IMG/VR virus record: IMGVR_UViG_3300032284_002783
Location: 12,658 to 76,657 of that record
DNA from: a virus
Reading direction: 5' to 3' (one strand)
DNA length: 64,000 nt
The notes under the pieces were generated by a model. That model saw nothing but the letters and a program-made list of their open reading frames with translations. It did no database searches and had not been told where the DNA came from. A program made the translations under genes and the position numbers. Positions 26,745-36,667 of this stretch are shown here, piece by piece; positions within the stretch are counted from its first letter, which is position 1, and every line of letters begins with the position of its first letter.

Positions 26745-26806
26745 TGGTTAACACTTTGTTTTTATTTGTCTAAGCATACTTAAAAGTAGCATAAAGTCAA
26801 ATAAGC

Positions 26807-26841
26807 AAAAATATTGGAGGTAAGTTTCCTTACCTCCAATA
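26807..26841 (-). terminator. Intrinsic terminator
   Basis: TATTGGAGGTAAG-4-CTTACCTCCAATA followed by a T-tract on the minus strand. Confidence 0.8.
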
Positions 26842-27052
26842 ACATTTGCCTAAATTAATTTAATCATTTACAAATTTAGATCAATTCTATCGCCTCAAGG
26901 ACGATGGCTGATCCTATATAATTTATATTCTACAATCTAAAGTAAAAAAGTATTTATCTAATATTTTTAATCATCATAATCAATAAAATGGTAGGTTATT
27001 CTGTTTCAAGGAAACCTACCAAAACCCATTTAAAAAATTATGGGCATCTGGT

Positions 27053-27220
27053 ATGGGCAAACCAAATTTTATAAAAGGTAAGACCGCATGGAACAAAGGA
27101 AAAAATAATCCTAATGCTGCCGAAAACGGTAAAAAAGGAGCATTATTACAATCTATCAAGGTCATTGGTCGAAAACGAAAATATAATGATGACGGTACAT
27201 GGTCATGGTATTACCCATAA
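27053..27220 (+). pseudogene. Remnant C-terminus of a homing endonuclease (NUMOD-type DNA-binding motifs)
   Basis: KGKTAWNKGK..AAENGKKGA..GRKRKY..DGTWSWYYP*; no nuclease domain upstream. Confidence 0.5.
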
Positions 27221-27223
27221 TAA

Positions 27224-27252
27224 AATAAGGGAGCATTAATGCTCCCTTATTT
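27224..27252. terminator. Bidirectional terminator downstream of tmRNA
   Basis: AAATAAGGGAGCAT-TA-ATGCTCCCTTATTT. Confidence 0.85.
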
Positions 27253-27562
27253 GATCTTTTCTGTTTCTAAGAAGACCGATCTCAATCTTAGGCTACTGCC
27301 TGAAGAAACGGAGCATTATCATTTGCTGCGTTTATTGTTTTTGATCTATAAAGCGATCATCCTGCTATCTACTTCAATACCTTCAGCGCCAATCGATCCC
27401 AGTTATCCCCCATCAAAAGCACAGCCCGCTTTGCCTTTTCAGCTTATCCAAAAAACGACCTAGCATGTTTGCAACCATGTTATCCAGGCGTCTGTGCTTG
27501 TGGTGGAGGATTGGGGAGTTGAACCCCAGTCTTGATCACCTATATATTGCTATCAACAACAG
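27253..27562 (-). ncRNA. ssrA: Circularly permuted (two-piece) tmRNA
   Basis: Acceptor piece with T arm ending ATCCTCCACCA (27501) precedes the GGGGGAT coding piece (27411); G3.U70 pair; tag reading frame 27326-27288 ANDNAPFLQAVA*; TATAAATA promoter at 27569-27576. Confidence 0.93.
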
Positions 27563-27601
27563 CTAGTATATTTATAACACAGATTTTTTAAAAATCAAGA
27601 C

Positions 27602-28165
27602 TTATTTGCGGCCTTTATTAAGTGGAGGATTTATTGCATCAATATATAATAATTCTAAATCTTTCTGTATGGCAGCATTTACAGTGGCCTTTGTCCATCC
27701 TATGTTAACTGGCACTTGTACCAATGGACATTTTTTCGCCCAGAGACTAACCTTTTCTTGCATTACATCATTATGCAAGCTGGTTCTTATAAACCAATCT
27801 GTGTCGTCTTTACCATAATTATGCGTACATAGCCTACCAAATCTATTTGTGCTTTTAGGTATTGGTTGCGGCCATTGAACACTTGAATACAAGTAATCAG
27901 TGCCAATACTAACTTCGCCAACTAATAAACAATTGGTAGATTTTATTCCTAAAGGTTGGCTAGTTTCACCAACTTTCATAATATCAATGCCACTAACAAT
28001 AAAATAAATCCAACTATTATGTGTGGACCATAATAGAGCGTCATCTATGTTATAAAGTTGCCAGCCATAATTATCATCGGAGTATTCATGATATACATCA
28101 CAAACTTTTTTAAATCCATCGCTGATATAATTATAGACGTTGTTTGATATAAATTTTTCAGACAT
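27602..28165 (-). CDS. GIY-YIG-like nuclease (T4 endonuclease II-like pattern)
   Basis: WIYFIV..IMKVGET..R...LE..YI..NPPLNK. Confidence 0.5.
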   Translation of the reverse strand: MSEKFISNNVYNYISDGFKKVCDVYHEYSDDNYGWQLYNIDDALLWSTHNSWIYFIVSGIDIMKVGETSQPLGIKSTNCLLVGEVSIGTDYLYSSVQWPQPIPKSTNRFGRLCTHNYGKDDTDWFIRTSLHNDVMQEKVSLWAKKCPLVQVPVNIGWTKATVNAAIQKDLELLYIDAINPPLNKGRK

Positions 28166-29042
28166 TTTTATAAGTCATCATGCTTAGGTATTGCCAACAA
28201 AATGTTGCCGCAGCTAACGATGTGATATCACTGTGATCATAAGGAGGAGAAACTTCCACACAATCCATGCCAACAAAATTAATATCTTTACATAGATCTA
28301 AAAGTTCTCTCATCCATACAGTTGTAAGCCCTGCAATTTCTGGTGTTCCAGTTCCCGGAGCAAATGCTGGATCTAAACAATCAATATCTAATGATAGATA
28401 AACAGGTGCGTCACCTACAGTAGCTTTAATTATTTCATGCATAGCCAATGGCGACCACCTCAAGGCTCGCTGAGCTGAAAATGTATGTCCGCCTGCTTTT
28501 TGAAGAAATTGCCTTGCAGTTTGATCAGCAGGACTTCTTATTCCAATACTGATAGTTTTACGTGGATCAATTAGTTGTTCACATATAGCATTATACAGCC
28601 ATGTGCCGTGTCCTATTGGTTCTCCAAAATGATTGTCCCATGTATCACAATGTGCATCAAAATGTAATACTGCAAGATTTTGATGCCTCTTAGATAGACT
28701 ACGCAATATTCCCAATGTTATTGAATGATCTCCGCCTAATGTTACACAGTGCATGGATTTTAATCTATCCATTGCCATCTCTACTTCCTGTAACATCCTC
28801 ATTGTATTTCCAGATGTCAACGAAATATTACCAACATCGCAAGTGGTTGTAGTTAAATCAACTGGATATAACTCATGCTGTCCGTCGGTGAGCATAAGGC
28901 TTGTTTGTCTGATAGCATTAGGGCCCATTCGGGCACCACTTCTAAAAGAAGTGGCACCGTCGGTGGGTGCTCCAACTACTGCATAGGGTTTGAGAGCAGT
29001 TCCAACATTACAAAATGTCGGAAAATTCTGAAATGGTAACAT
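28158..29042 (-). CDS. speB: Agmatinase (ureohydrolase)
   Basis: GARMGPNAIR, GGDHSIT, DAHCD, HGT, SLDIDCLDPAFAPGTGTPE, EVSPPYD. Confidence 0.9.
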   Translation of the reverse strand: MLPFQNFPTFCNVGTALKPYAVVGAPTDGATSFRSGARMGPNAIRQTSLMLTDGQHELYPVDLTTTTCDVGNISLTSGNTMRMLQEVEMAMDRLKSMHCVTLGGDHSITLGILRSLSKRHQNLAVLHFDAHCDTWDNHFGEPIGHGTWLYNAICEQLIDPRKTISIGIRSPADQTARQFLQKAGGHTFSAQRALRWSPLAMHEIIKATVGDAPVYLSLDIDCLDPAFAPGTGTPEIAGLTTVWMRELLDLCKDINFVGMDCVEVSPPYDHSDITSLAAATFCWQYLSMMTYKNV

Positions 29043-29386
29043 TATTCAGTGATTAATGAACTTGTTGTACCTGTTTTAGGTACGGTTAAGCCAGTTGTTG
29101 CCTGCAGATATCCAGCCTTAGCTTCACTATTGCTCTTTACCATACATACAACGTGCTGTGGATTTAAACGATATTTTCCATCTTTGTCTGCCCCGAGCAT
29201 GAAGAATGGCATCATCTGTACACCTGGTTGTCCAGTTGGGCTTTGACTTAATACCATTAGCATTGGTTTAGATACCACAACTGAGTTGTCGGATGCAGTT
29301 TCAATAAACTTAGCAATAAGCTCATCACCGTTGCTAATTTTTATCGAAACAATATCATTATTTTCAATTGGTTTTTCTACTAACAT
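29042..29386 (-). CDS. Conserved phage protein, Sm-like barrel
   Basis: IVSIKISNGDELIAK..KP..L..PF..Y..ATTGL pattern. Confidence 0.5.
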   Translation of the reverse strand: MLVEKPIENNDIVSIKISNGDELIAKFIETASDNSVVVSKPMLMVLSQSPTGQPGVQMMPFFMLGADKDGKYRLNPQHVVCMVKSNSEAKAGYLQATTGLTVPKTGTTSSLITE

Positions 29387-29438
29387 GTTAGATACTCCTG
29401 TTTATTGAAGTATATATTGTTAGATCATTGATTGTCGA

Positions 29439-30332
29439 TTACCATTTAGGAATACCATTTAAGTACCAACCACCGTTGCGAGTTTTAGCTTGTGCTACAC
29501 AAAAACCAGCAACTTTGTATGGATTACCTTTTTGAAATGGATGATTGGCCTGTGATCGGCTGCCAGGGCCAACATACGATACGTGTACCCATGTATTGCC
29601 AGGTATTGTTTCTCTTTCAAATAACAGTTGATCAAATGCAAGATTATTTTGTATCCATACAGCCATGTCGTAATGCTTGTTTGGATAATTTGGAATTTGT
29701 AAATCAGCAGCCTGGCCATACGTATGCTGGCCGCCTTGTTCCCAATTACGAACTGTGTTAGTTAATCTCACACCGGGAAACTGAGCTCGTAATGGTTCAA
29801 GAATATTCACACAAAGTAATTTTAAATTAGCAACTATTTCACCTGGTTTTAAAGGTCCATTACCATTTTTCCACATCTGTCTCGTTACCCACCACTGCGA
29901 GTCTTTGAGAAGTATTCCGGGTGTTCTGGTTACACTGCCTAGATCAAAGTTGTCACTTAATCTTAATGATGGCGGAAATTCACTTAGATTTTCAACTCCG
30001 CCTGTGTCATTGCTAATTGATGAATTTTGTTTACCACTTGCCGGAGTTATTTCAGACGGGGTGCTAGCTGCTGTGGCATCTAAGTCTGACTGTGTAATAG
30101 TACCATTTGCTACTAATTTTTGATTCAGTGCTGCTATTTGATTACTTGCTTGAGTAGGATCTTGGAATAATAAACTTTCGCCGTCTGTGTATGCTTGCAT
30201 GGTTGCCAGTACACTGGAAGGTATTCCTCTAGCTTGTGGTGGCTGGTACAAAGCCACAGGTACTTGATTAACATATACGTCGGGGCTGTACCAAACATCT
30301 TGGCCGATATAACTAGGAGGATTTAAAGGCAT
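29439..30332 (-). CDS. Peptidase M15-family peptidoglycan endopeptidase with N-terminal extension
   Basis: LSDNF, NLKLLCVNILEPLR, R..QHTYGQAAD, FDQLLFE, WVHVSY. Confidence 0.8.
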   Translation of the reverse strand: MPLNPPSYIGQDVWYSPDVYVNQVPVALYQPPQARGIPSSVLATMQAYTDGESLLFQDPTQASNQIAALNQKLVANGTITQSDLDATAASTPSEITPASGKQNSSISNDTGGVENLSEFPPSLRLSDNFDLGSVTRTPGILLKDSQWWVTRQMWKNGNGPLKPGEIVANLKLLCVNILEPLRAQFPGVRLTNTVRNWEQGGQHTYGQAADLQIPNYPNKHYDMAVWIQNNLAFDQLLFERETIPGNTWVHVSYVGPGSRSQANHPFQKGNPYKVAGFCVAQAKTRNGGWYLNGIPKW

Positions 30333-30358
30333 AGAATTAACTCCTAGTATATTTATAC

Positions 30359-30622
30359 TTAATTTTTATTGAAATATTTTTCTAACTCAGTATAACCGCC
30401 AACATATTCGCCATCTAACCAAATTTGAGGCACGGTTCTAGCATGTGGAGCTCTTTCAAGCAACTGTTCTTTAGTTACATATTGTTGATTATCACCGATA
30501 GGTCCTTCGTTAAACCCTGGACTTATCATATATTCAACATATTCTATCCCCTTAATTTGGAATAAAGATTTAGCCTTTGTGCAATATGGGCAATTAGTTT
30601 TGGTATAAATTTCAGCTTTCAT
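30359..30622 (-). CDS. Glutaredoxin
   Basis: CPYC, TVPQIW, VGGYTEL; start MKAEIY at 30622. Confidence 0.93.
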   Translation of the reverse strand: MKAEIYTKTNCPYCTKAKSLFQIKGIEYVEYMISPGFNEGPIGDNQQYVTKEQLLERAPHARTVPQIWLDGEYVGGYTELEKYFNKN

Positions 30623-31361
30623 TTTTTGTTTCCTTGTGTTTATGTACGGTAATTTTACCACGTGAATCTGTTTTCATCCAAACGCTATCATCTGGTATTA
30701 CCTCTTTTGCATATTGAAAATGCCAGGCCCATTTAGTGAAATAGTTTACAGTTGGAATAGAGCAATGTTGGCGTTTAATATTTTGATTACTAACAATTAA
30801 ATTCCAAAAAACTCTATCACCTGCTAGATACAAATCCTTACTGGTGATCCAATGTGTCATCAACGGCATTAAGTTGCGAGTCATAAACAAACAATTTGTA
30901 TCGCAAAAATCCATTCCATTACTTTCAATGGTGTCAGTGTATAAAAATTTATTGTCAAATGATGAATAGATATTTCTTGTGGCTGATACAAGATCACATT
31001 TAGATTTTTGACATATATCAACCATCATGCTAATATGTCCTGGCTCATATGAGTTATCAGCATCTAGGAATGCCACAGCATCATAACCTTGGCTAAATGC
31101 ACTTATGGCACCTATTGCTCTCGGTGTAGCACCTGCATCATTATGATTCGTATTAAGATTGATCACTTGTCCGTTACGCAGATAAATCGATTTACTTTTT
31201 AATCTCTTATATGTATCGGCAACAATAATATGATATGGTGTGTGCCAGCTTACTTTGTCTGGGTGAGGTACCGCATATGTTTGAGCCTCTACACCAGATA
31301 GGCTACGACTAAAAACGTAGCTGGGTTCATCGTGATATGGAGTAACAACGGCAACTAGCAT
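30612..31361 (-). CDS. Glycosyltransferase family 2
   Basis: VVTPY, FLDADN..PGH, CDTNC, GDR. Confidence 0.8.
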   Translation of the reverse strand: MLVAVVTPYHDEPSYVFSRSLSGVEAQTYAVPHPDKVSWHTPYHIIVADTYKRLKSKSIYLRNGQVINLNTNHNDAGATPRAIGAISAFSQGYDAVAFLDADNSYEPGHISMMVDICQKSKCDLVSATRNIYSSFDNKFLYTDTIESNGMDFCDTNCLFMTRNLMPLMTHWITSKDLYLAGDRVFWNLIVSNQNIKRQHCSIPTVNYFTKWAWHFQYAKEVIPDDSVWMKTDSRGKITVHKHKETKNES

Positions 31362-32494
31362 TAAAGACTGATACCCTTGAAACTTGTTTCATTGACGTCC
31401 ATTTTAGCGTCGCCGATCTTGTAAGATGAAAGCTCAACTTCTTGAGGTGCCACTTGAACTTCTTTACCACTGATCCATTTTGTTGTCCAAGGCAACGGAT
31501 TTGTTTTTACATGATATGGACTTTCTAGTCCGGCACTATCCATTCTCATACCGGCAATGTATTCAACATATGACATTAATAGATCAGCATTAAGACCAAT
31601 CATGCTGCCATCCTTAAACAAATATTTGGCCCAGGTCTTTTCTTGATCAACAACCTGCACAAACATAGCAGTACATTCTGCAGTAGTTTCTTTAGCAATC
31701 TTTGCAAAGTCGGGATCATCTTTAGGTAACAACTTAAGCAGTGTTTGTGTGCTGCCAAGATGTAGGTTTTCATCTCTGCAGATGAACTTAATAATCTTAG
31801 CATTTCCTTCCATTTTCTTTAGCTCGGCAAACGCCCATGCACAGGCAAAGCTCACATAGAACCTAACACCCTCAAGTGCATTAACGCTGTTTAAACATAG
31901 CCAAAGTTTTTTCTTTAACTCATAAACATCAACAACAACAGTTTGTCCATTAACCGTGTGCTTGCCTTCGCCTAGTAAATGATAATATTGTGCAGCAGAT
32001 ATCAAATCATCGTAATATTTGGTAATATCTTTACTGCAATCTACTATTTCTTTTATATCCATCATACCATCAAATACCTTGCTGGGATCGCTATAGATAT
32101 TTCTGATAATATGCGTGTAGCTCTTAGAATGAATAGTTTCAAAGAAACTCCAAGTCTGAATCCAAATCTCAAGTTCTGGCAGGCTGCACACTGGTAGGAA
32201 CGCAAGATTAGGTGCACGTCCTTGCACACTGTCAAGGATAATCTGTCTCTTTAGATTACTGGTAAAAATATGTTGCTCATGTGGTGTCAGACTACGGAAA
32301 TCTTTTTGATCCTTAGCGATGTCAACTTCTGCAGGTCGCCAAAAGAAACTTAATTGATTTTCTGTAAGGCGATCAAATACTCGATACTTAATATTATCGT
32401 AACGAGCCACAGTAGTTGTTCCTGCAGGGTCTAAAAAGGCCTGCACTTTAGAATTGTCTGTGCGATTATTGCTATCTAGCACTTGAAAAGTCAT
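31361..32494 (-). CDS. nrdB: Class Ia ribonucleotide reductase beta subunit
   Basis: FFWRPAEV, LDSVQGR, ETIHSKSY, EGVRFYVSF, RDENLH, VAPQEVE. Confidence 0.97.
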   Translation of the reverse strand: MTFQVLDSNNRTDNSKVQAFLDPAGTTTVARYDNIKYRVFDRLTENQLSFFWRPAEVDIAKDQKDFRSLTPHEQHIFTSNLKRQIILDSVQGRAPNLAFLPVCSLPELEIWIQTWSFFETIHSKSYTHIIRNIYSDPSKVFDGMMDIKEIVDCSKDITKYYDDLISAAQYYHLLGEGKHTVNGQTVVVDVYELKKKLWLCLNSVNALEGVRFYVSFACAWAFAELKKMEGNAKIIKFICRDENLHLGSTQTLLKLLPKDDPDFAKIAKETTAECTAMFVQVVDQEKTWAKYLFKDGSMIGLNADLLMSYVEYIAGMRMDSAGLESPYHVKTNPLPWTTKWISGKEVQVAPQEVELSSYKIGDAKMDVNETSFKGISL

Positions 32495-32510
32495 TGGTTG
32501 ATCCTAACGG

Positions 32511-34832
32511 TTAAAGAACGCAGCTATCGCAGTCGGAATTATCTGATGCTGCGGGCATCTCTACATTATTTTCTGTGGCAATGAGCTTGTCAACTTGTAC
32601 TTCACCCTGGCCGTCATTGGTATTCATATAGTACCAAGTTTTATGACCCCATTTGTAGCCTAAAAGCATATGCTTTAATAGTTCACTCATAGGCAGTTGC
32701 TGGTCAGGATAATGTTCTGGATTATAGCTGGCGTTTACGCTAATTGATTGGTCAATGTATTTTTGTAAAACAGCAGCAATCTTTAGATAACCTTCTGGTG
32801 ATTTTTGATCCCAGAGAAGATCATATCTATTCTTCAATCTTCTATACTCTGGTACTACCTGTTTTAACACACCATCTTTACTTTGCTTAATGCTAATGTA
32901 GCTACGCGGAGGTTCAATTCCATTTGTAGCATTTGAAATCTGACTAGAACTTTCGCTTGGCATCAATGCCATTAGAGTTGAATTACGAATGCCATATTTC
33001 TTCGCAGCTTCGCGTAGTTTGTTCCATGGCATACGTTCTTTGTACTTTACTAAATCATCAACTTCCTTTTTCCTAGTATCTATTGGCATTATACCCTTCT
33101 TATACTTGGTATAATCTGCTCCGCCGCATTCACCTTGTTCTTTAGCAAGATCAATACTTGCCTTGATCAGATAATAACTCCATGCCTCTGCGTATTCATC
33201 TACTAGAGGCAGAGCATCAGAATCAGTATATTTCAATCCATTCTTAGCTAGCCAGTATGCAAAATTGATAATACCAACACCTAATGGCCTGTAAAGTAAT
33301 GTATGTTTTTCAGCTGCTAGAATTGGATATCTTTGATAGCTTAAGAGTGCGTCCAGCCCACGAACAGCAAGTGTGCACGGCTTTTCAAAATCTTTAGGTT
33401 CTCTAATCTTACCCCAATTAATAGCGCTTAATGTACAAAGGGCAATAAGACCTTCTGAATCATTAACATCGTTTAATGGTTTAGTTGGCAGAGTAATCTC
33501 AGCGCAAAGGTTACTCTGCCTAACAGGTGCAATGTCCTCAAGGAATGAACTATGAGTGTTAGCATGGTCAACGTTCATAAGATATACACGACCTGTATTT
33601 TTTCTTTCCTGCATAAATGATGTAAAAAGATCAATTGCCTTTACAGTCTTCTTTCTCAACTTGGTATTACGCTCAGCAGCTTCATACAGTTCTTTAAACT
33701 TATCTTGATCAGAAAAGAATGCATCGTACAAATCTGGTACATCGCTAGGGGAGAACAATGTAAGGTTACCCCCGGCTATGAGTCTCTCATATGCCAGTTT
33801 ATTAAACTGCACACCGTAGTCCATATGTCTAGCACGATTCTCTTCAGTACCTTTATTATTCTTTAGAACAATTAAGTCCTCAAACTCATAATGCCAGAAT
33901 GGAAAATACAGTGTAGCTGCACCACCTCTAATACCGCCTTGGTTGCAACTCTTAACTGCTGACTGGAATAGTTTAATGAATGGAACAATACCTGTGTGAT
34001 AGGCATCGCCCTTTCTAATTGGACTACCTATTGCACGTATGCGACCAGCATTGATTCCTATGCCGGCTTTTTGACTGACGTATTTGACGATGCTGCTAGT
34101 TGTAGCATTGATTGAGTCAAGACTATCATCGCATTCAATCAATACACAACTTGAGAACTGACGTTGAGGTGTTCTTACTCCTGCCATTACCGGAGTTGGC
34201 AAGCTTATATCATGTGTGCTAATAGCATCATAATAATCTTTAATCCATTTAAGTCTTGTTTCTTTTGGATAACGGGAAAAGAGTGTGGCGGCAATTAAAA
34301 TATATGCCATTTGAGGAGTTTCAAAAAGTTGACCGGTGACCCGATTCTTTACTAGATATTTGCCGCGCCATTGCTCCATTGCAGCATAAGTCATATCAAA
34401 GTCTCTATCATGATCGAGATATGTATCCATGACATTCCATTCGTCAGCAGAGAATGCAGACAGTAATTCTTGATCATAGTATCCAACACCAACGACCTTA
34501 TTCACATGATCAGCAAGCTTAATTGGATTAATTCCGTCATATACTTCTTTACGAATGTGATAATTAATTAACCGACCAGCAACAAATTGATAGTTTGGAT
34601 TATCTTCAGATATTAGATCAGCTGCTGCCTTAATCAAAGTCTCTTGAATGTCTCTAGTTTTGATTCCAGGATAAAATTGTAATTGGCTTTTAATTTCAAC
34701 TTCGCTTGCAGATACTCCGCTGATTCCTTCTGTGGCCCACATCACCTGACGATGTATTTTGTCAATATTTAAAAGTTCTTTATGTCCGTCTCGCTTGATT
34801 ACAAATATTTCACTCGTTTTGACGGTAGCCAT
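32511..34832 (-). CDS. nrdA: Class Ia ribonucleotide reductase alpha subunit
   Basis: ATP cone VIKRDG, QFSSCVL, SNLCAEI, LCTLS, C-terminal CDSC; no intron or intein seen. Confidence 0.97.
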   Translation of the reverse strand: MATVKTSEIFVIKRDGHKELLNIDKIHRQVMWATEGISGVSASEVEIKSQLQFYPGIKTRDIQETLIKAAADLISEDNPNYQFVAGRLINYHIRKEVYDGINPIKLADHVNKVVGVGYYDQELLSAFSADEWNVMDTYLDHDRDFDMTYAAMEQWRGKYLVKNRVTGQLFETPQMAYILIAATLFSRYPKETRLKWIKDYYDAISTHDISLPTPVMAGVRTPQRQFSSCVLIECDDSLDSINATTSSIVKYVSQKAGIGINAGRIRAIGSPIRKGDAYHTGIVPFIKLFQSAVKSCNQGGIRGGAATLYFPFWHYEFEDLIVLKNNKGTEENRARHMDYGVQFNKLAYERLIAGGNLTLFSPSDVPDLYDAFFSDQDKFKELYEAAERNTKLRKKTVKAIDLFTSFMQERKNTGRVYLMNVDHANTHSSFLEDIAPVRQSNLCAEITLPTKPLNDVNDSEGLIALCTLSAINWGKIREPKDFEKPCTLAVRGLDALLSYQRYPILAAEKHTLLYRPLGVGIINFAYWLAKNGLKYTDSDALPLVDEYAEAWSYYLIKASIDLAKEQGECGGADYTKYKKGIMPIDTRKKEVDDLVKYKERMPWNKLREAAKKYGIRNSTLMALMPSESSSQISNATNGIEPPRSYISIKQSKDGVLKQVVPEYRRLKNRYDLLWDQKSPEGYLKIAAVLQKYIDQSISVNASYNPEHYPDQQLPMSELLKHMLLGYKWGHKTWYYMNTNDGQGEVQVDKLIATENNVEMPAASDNSDCDSCVL

Positions 34833-34941
34833 GCCTCATATCCCCTTATTATTTTTACTCTTTGTTCTCTTTAAGAATAACATATTTAACAGAAATTGAC
34901 CGCGGTTGTCATTTCAACAACGAGTATTTTTTAAGGAAATA

Positions 34942-35409
34942 TTATTTTAAAATATAGTGATTTTTGCCGTCATACGAATAGGTTTGTTGAACATAAAAAT
35001 CATTCTCGGCGTCATTAACTGATACTATTTTCTTGTACTCATAGTTCATAAGCCATTTGTTGTCAACTGATAAGATTATTTTCTGCTGGCTGCGTACATC
35101 ATCTTTTATTAATTTTAATACACATCGGTCAGGGTTCCATCTTTCATCTTCGCCAAGTATTAATGTATAGAACATACCAAGCGAAATAGCACTATCATCA
35201 AATTCATTTGAATGAATCAATTGCCAAGCATCTGGCCAAGATGAACACATATCCCAATCTAATACTCTAGTACTCACCGGAGTTTTACTCCAAAAATCTG
35301 TAATTATTTTACAATGATCGTAATCTGATTTATCAGAATTTAGCTGAAGCCTTACATCTTTCCAAGCTTTAAGAAGATTTTTTGATCCTTGTAAAAAAGG
35401 ATTAATCAT
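34942..35409 (-). CDS. Hypothetical protein
   Basis: 155-aa ORF with a late promoter at 35440-35445. Confidence 0.65.
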   Translation of the reverse strand: MINPFLQGSKNLLKAWKDVRLQLNSDKSDYDHCKIITDFWSKTPVSTRVLDWDMCSSWPDAWQLIHSNEFDDSAISLGMFYTLILGEDERWNPDRCVLKLIKDDVRSQQKIILSVDNKWLMNYEYKKIVSVNDAENDFYVQQTYSYDGKNHYILK

Positions 35410-35498
35410 ATATCTACCATTTCTACGTTCAACAATGCATATTTATTACGAAAGACTTTATAATGTTAGAGTTATATTTTTGCATTTATTAATTTTTA

Positions 35499-35831
35499 TC
35501 ATGTTGACCAAGGTAAAGAAGGAATAGAGTACTTTGCTTCTTTCTGTGCAGCAATGTTATCAGCAAGCTGTTGTTGATTAGCTTGAGTTTGCTCAGGTGT
35601 CCACGATGCTAATATCCAGTTTATAACCTGTTCTTCGGTTAGATTAGAATACGGAATGAATGAGTTGCCTGGTACGTAGGTAAGAAATGTATAACCGCGA
35701 GGATTTATTGCTGTATAGATGCCGTCTGTTGCTGTGTAAGACCAGTAAACCTTAACAGCTACATTTTGCTGTCCATTTTCATTTGCGGCTACAACCATTG
35801 ATGTTGGTTTGAGTGTATAAGTAATAGACAT
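35499..35831 (-). CDS. Probable tail-fibre-associated protein
   Basis: Probable start MSITYT; FIPYSNLTEEQVINWI and terminal LPW, as in small fibre-associated proteins. Confidence 0.55.
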   Translation of the reverse strand: MSITYTLKPTSMVVAANENGQQNVAVKVYWSYTATDGIYTAINPRGYTFLTYVPGNSFIPYSNLTEEQVINWILASWTPEQTQANQQQLADNIAAQKEAKYSIPSLPWST

Positions 35832-36649
35832 TAGCTTATTCTCCACGACATTATTGTAGTATATGACGGTTGTCCAGGCGAAGACCCTTCCCACGATCCA
35901 TTTGAAACGATAAACACAAATTGATTGTATCCTGTTGCATCGAGGTAAGAGCCTGCTTTTGCAGCCTTATAAAGTATTTGGAAATTTACACCATCATAAC
36001 TAAATCCATATGATATGTTAGTTCCATCATCTGTGATCTGTACCCAAGTTGGATATACTGGAAAAGCAGAATAATAAGTCTGCCTAACATTATTATGATA
36101 GTTGTTTATATCAGACAACTGTTGAATCAAATAATATCCCTGACTGTTTGCAGCCATTGAGAACAGCATATACTCAATTTTGTTTGATGCAGAATCACGC
36201 CAACCAAGACCAAAGTCGTGAAATGAATTTGGATCAGATGATGTTGCGATCAATGCTGTTGCGGTATAAGGAGCAGAAGGAACTTATGCCGTATATAATG
36301 CATGATTCTGTCCCAATGGATTTTGATCGTTAACAATCATAGTAACACCTGCAGCATTGTCAGTTACTAATGCAGTACCTTGGTTTAGCCAATTGGTGAA
36401 ACCGGTATTAGCTTGTGTAGGTACAGTAAGTGACATTGCCTGTGCAAAAAGTCCATTGCTGCTAGCCGCAGCTGGTCCTGTGGGACCAGAGGCGCCCGTT
36501 GGTCCTGTGATACCAGTAGGACCGGTGGCTCCTACACCAGTAGGGCCCGTTGTGCCTGCTGACCCTGCAGCACCTGCCGGGCCGGTTGGACCTGTGCCTC
36601 CGGAACCTACCGGACCGGTTGGACCTGTATTACCAACTGTTAATGATTG
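35831..36649 (-). pseudogene. Disrupted distal part of the tail fibre/spike: collagen-like linker plus lectin-like domain
   Basis: Same frame as ORF 36668-37792; GPT-type triplets at ~36470-36632; in-frame TAA at 36284-36286; WVQITDDGTNISYGFSYDGVNF. Confidence 0.6.
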
Positions 36650-36667
36650 TTACCAAGATCAATAATA

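Noticed and set aside
27239-27463. + strand 74-aa ORF
   Set aside because: Antisense to the tmRNA
36148-36665. + strand ORFs, including a GPV collagen-like 102-aa ORF
   Set aside because: Mirror of the minus-strand GPT collagen frame of the tail spike
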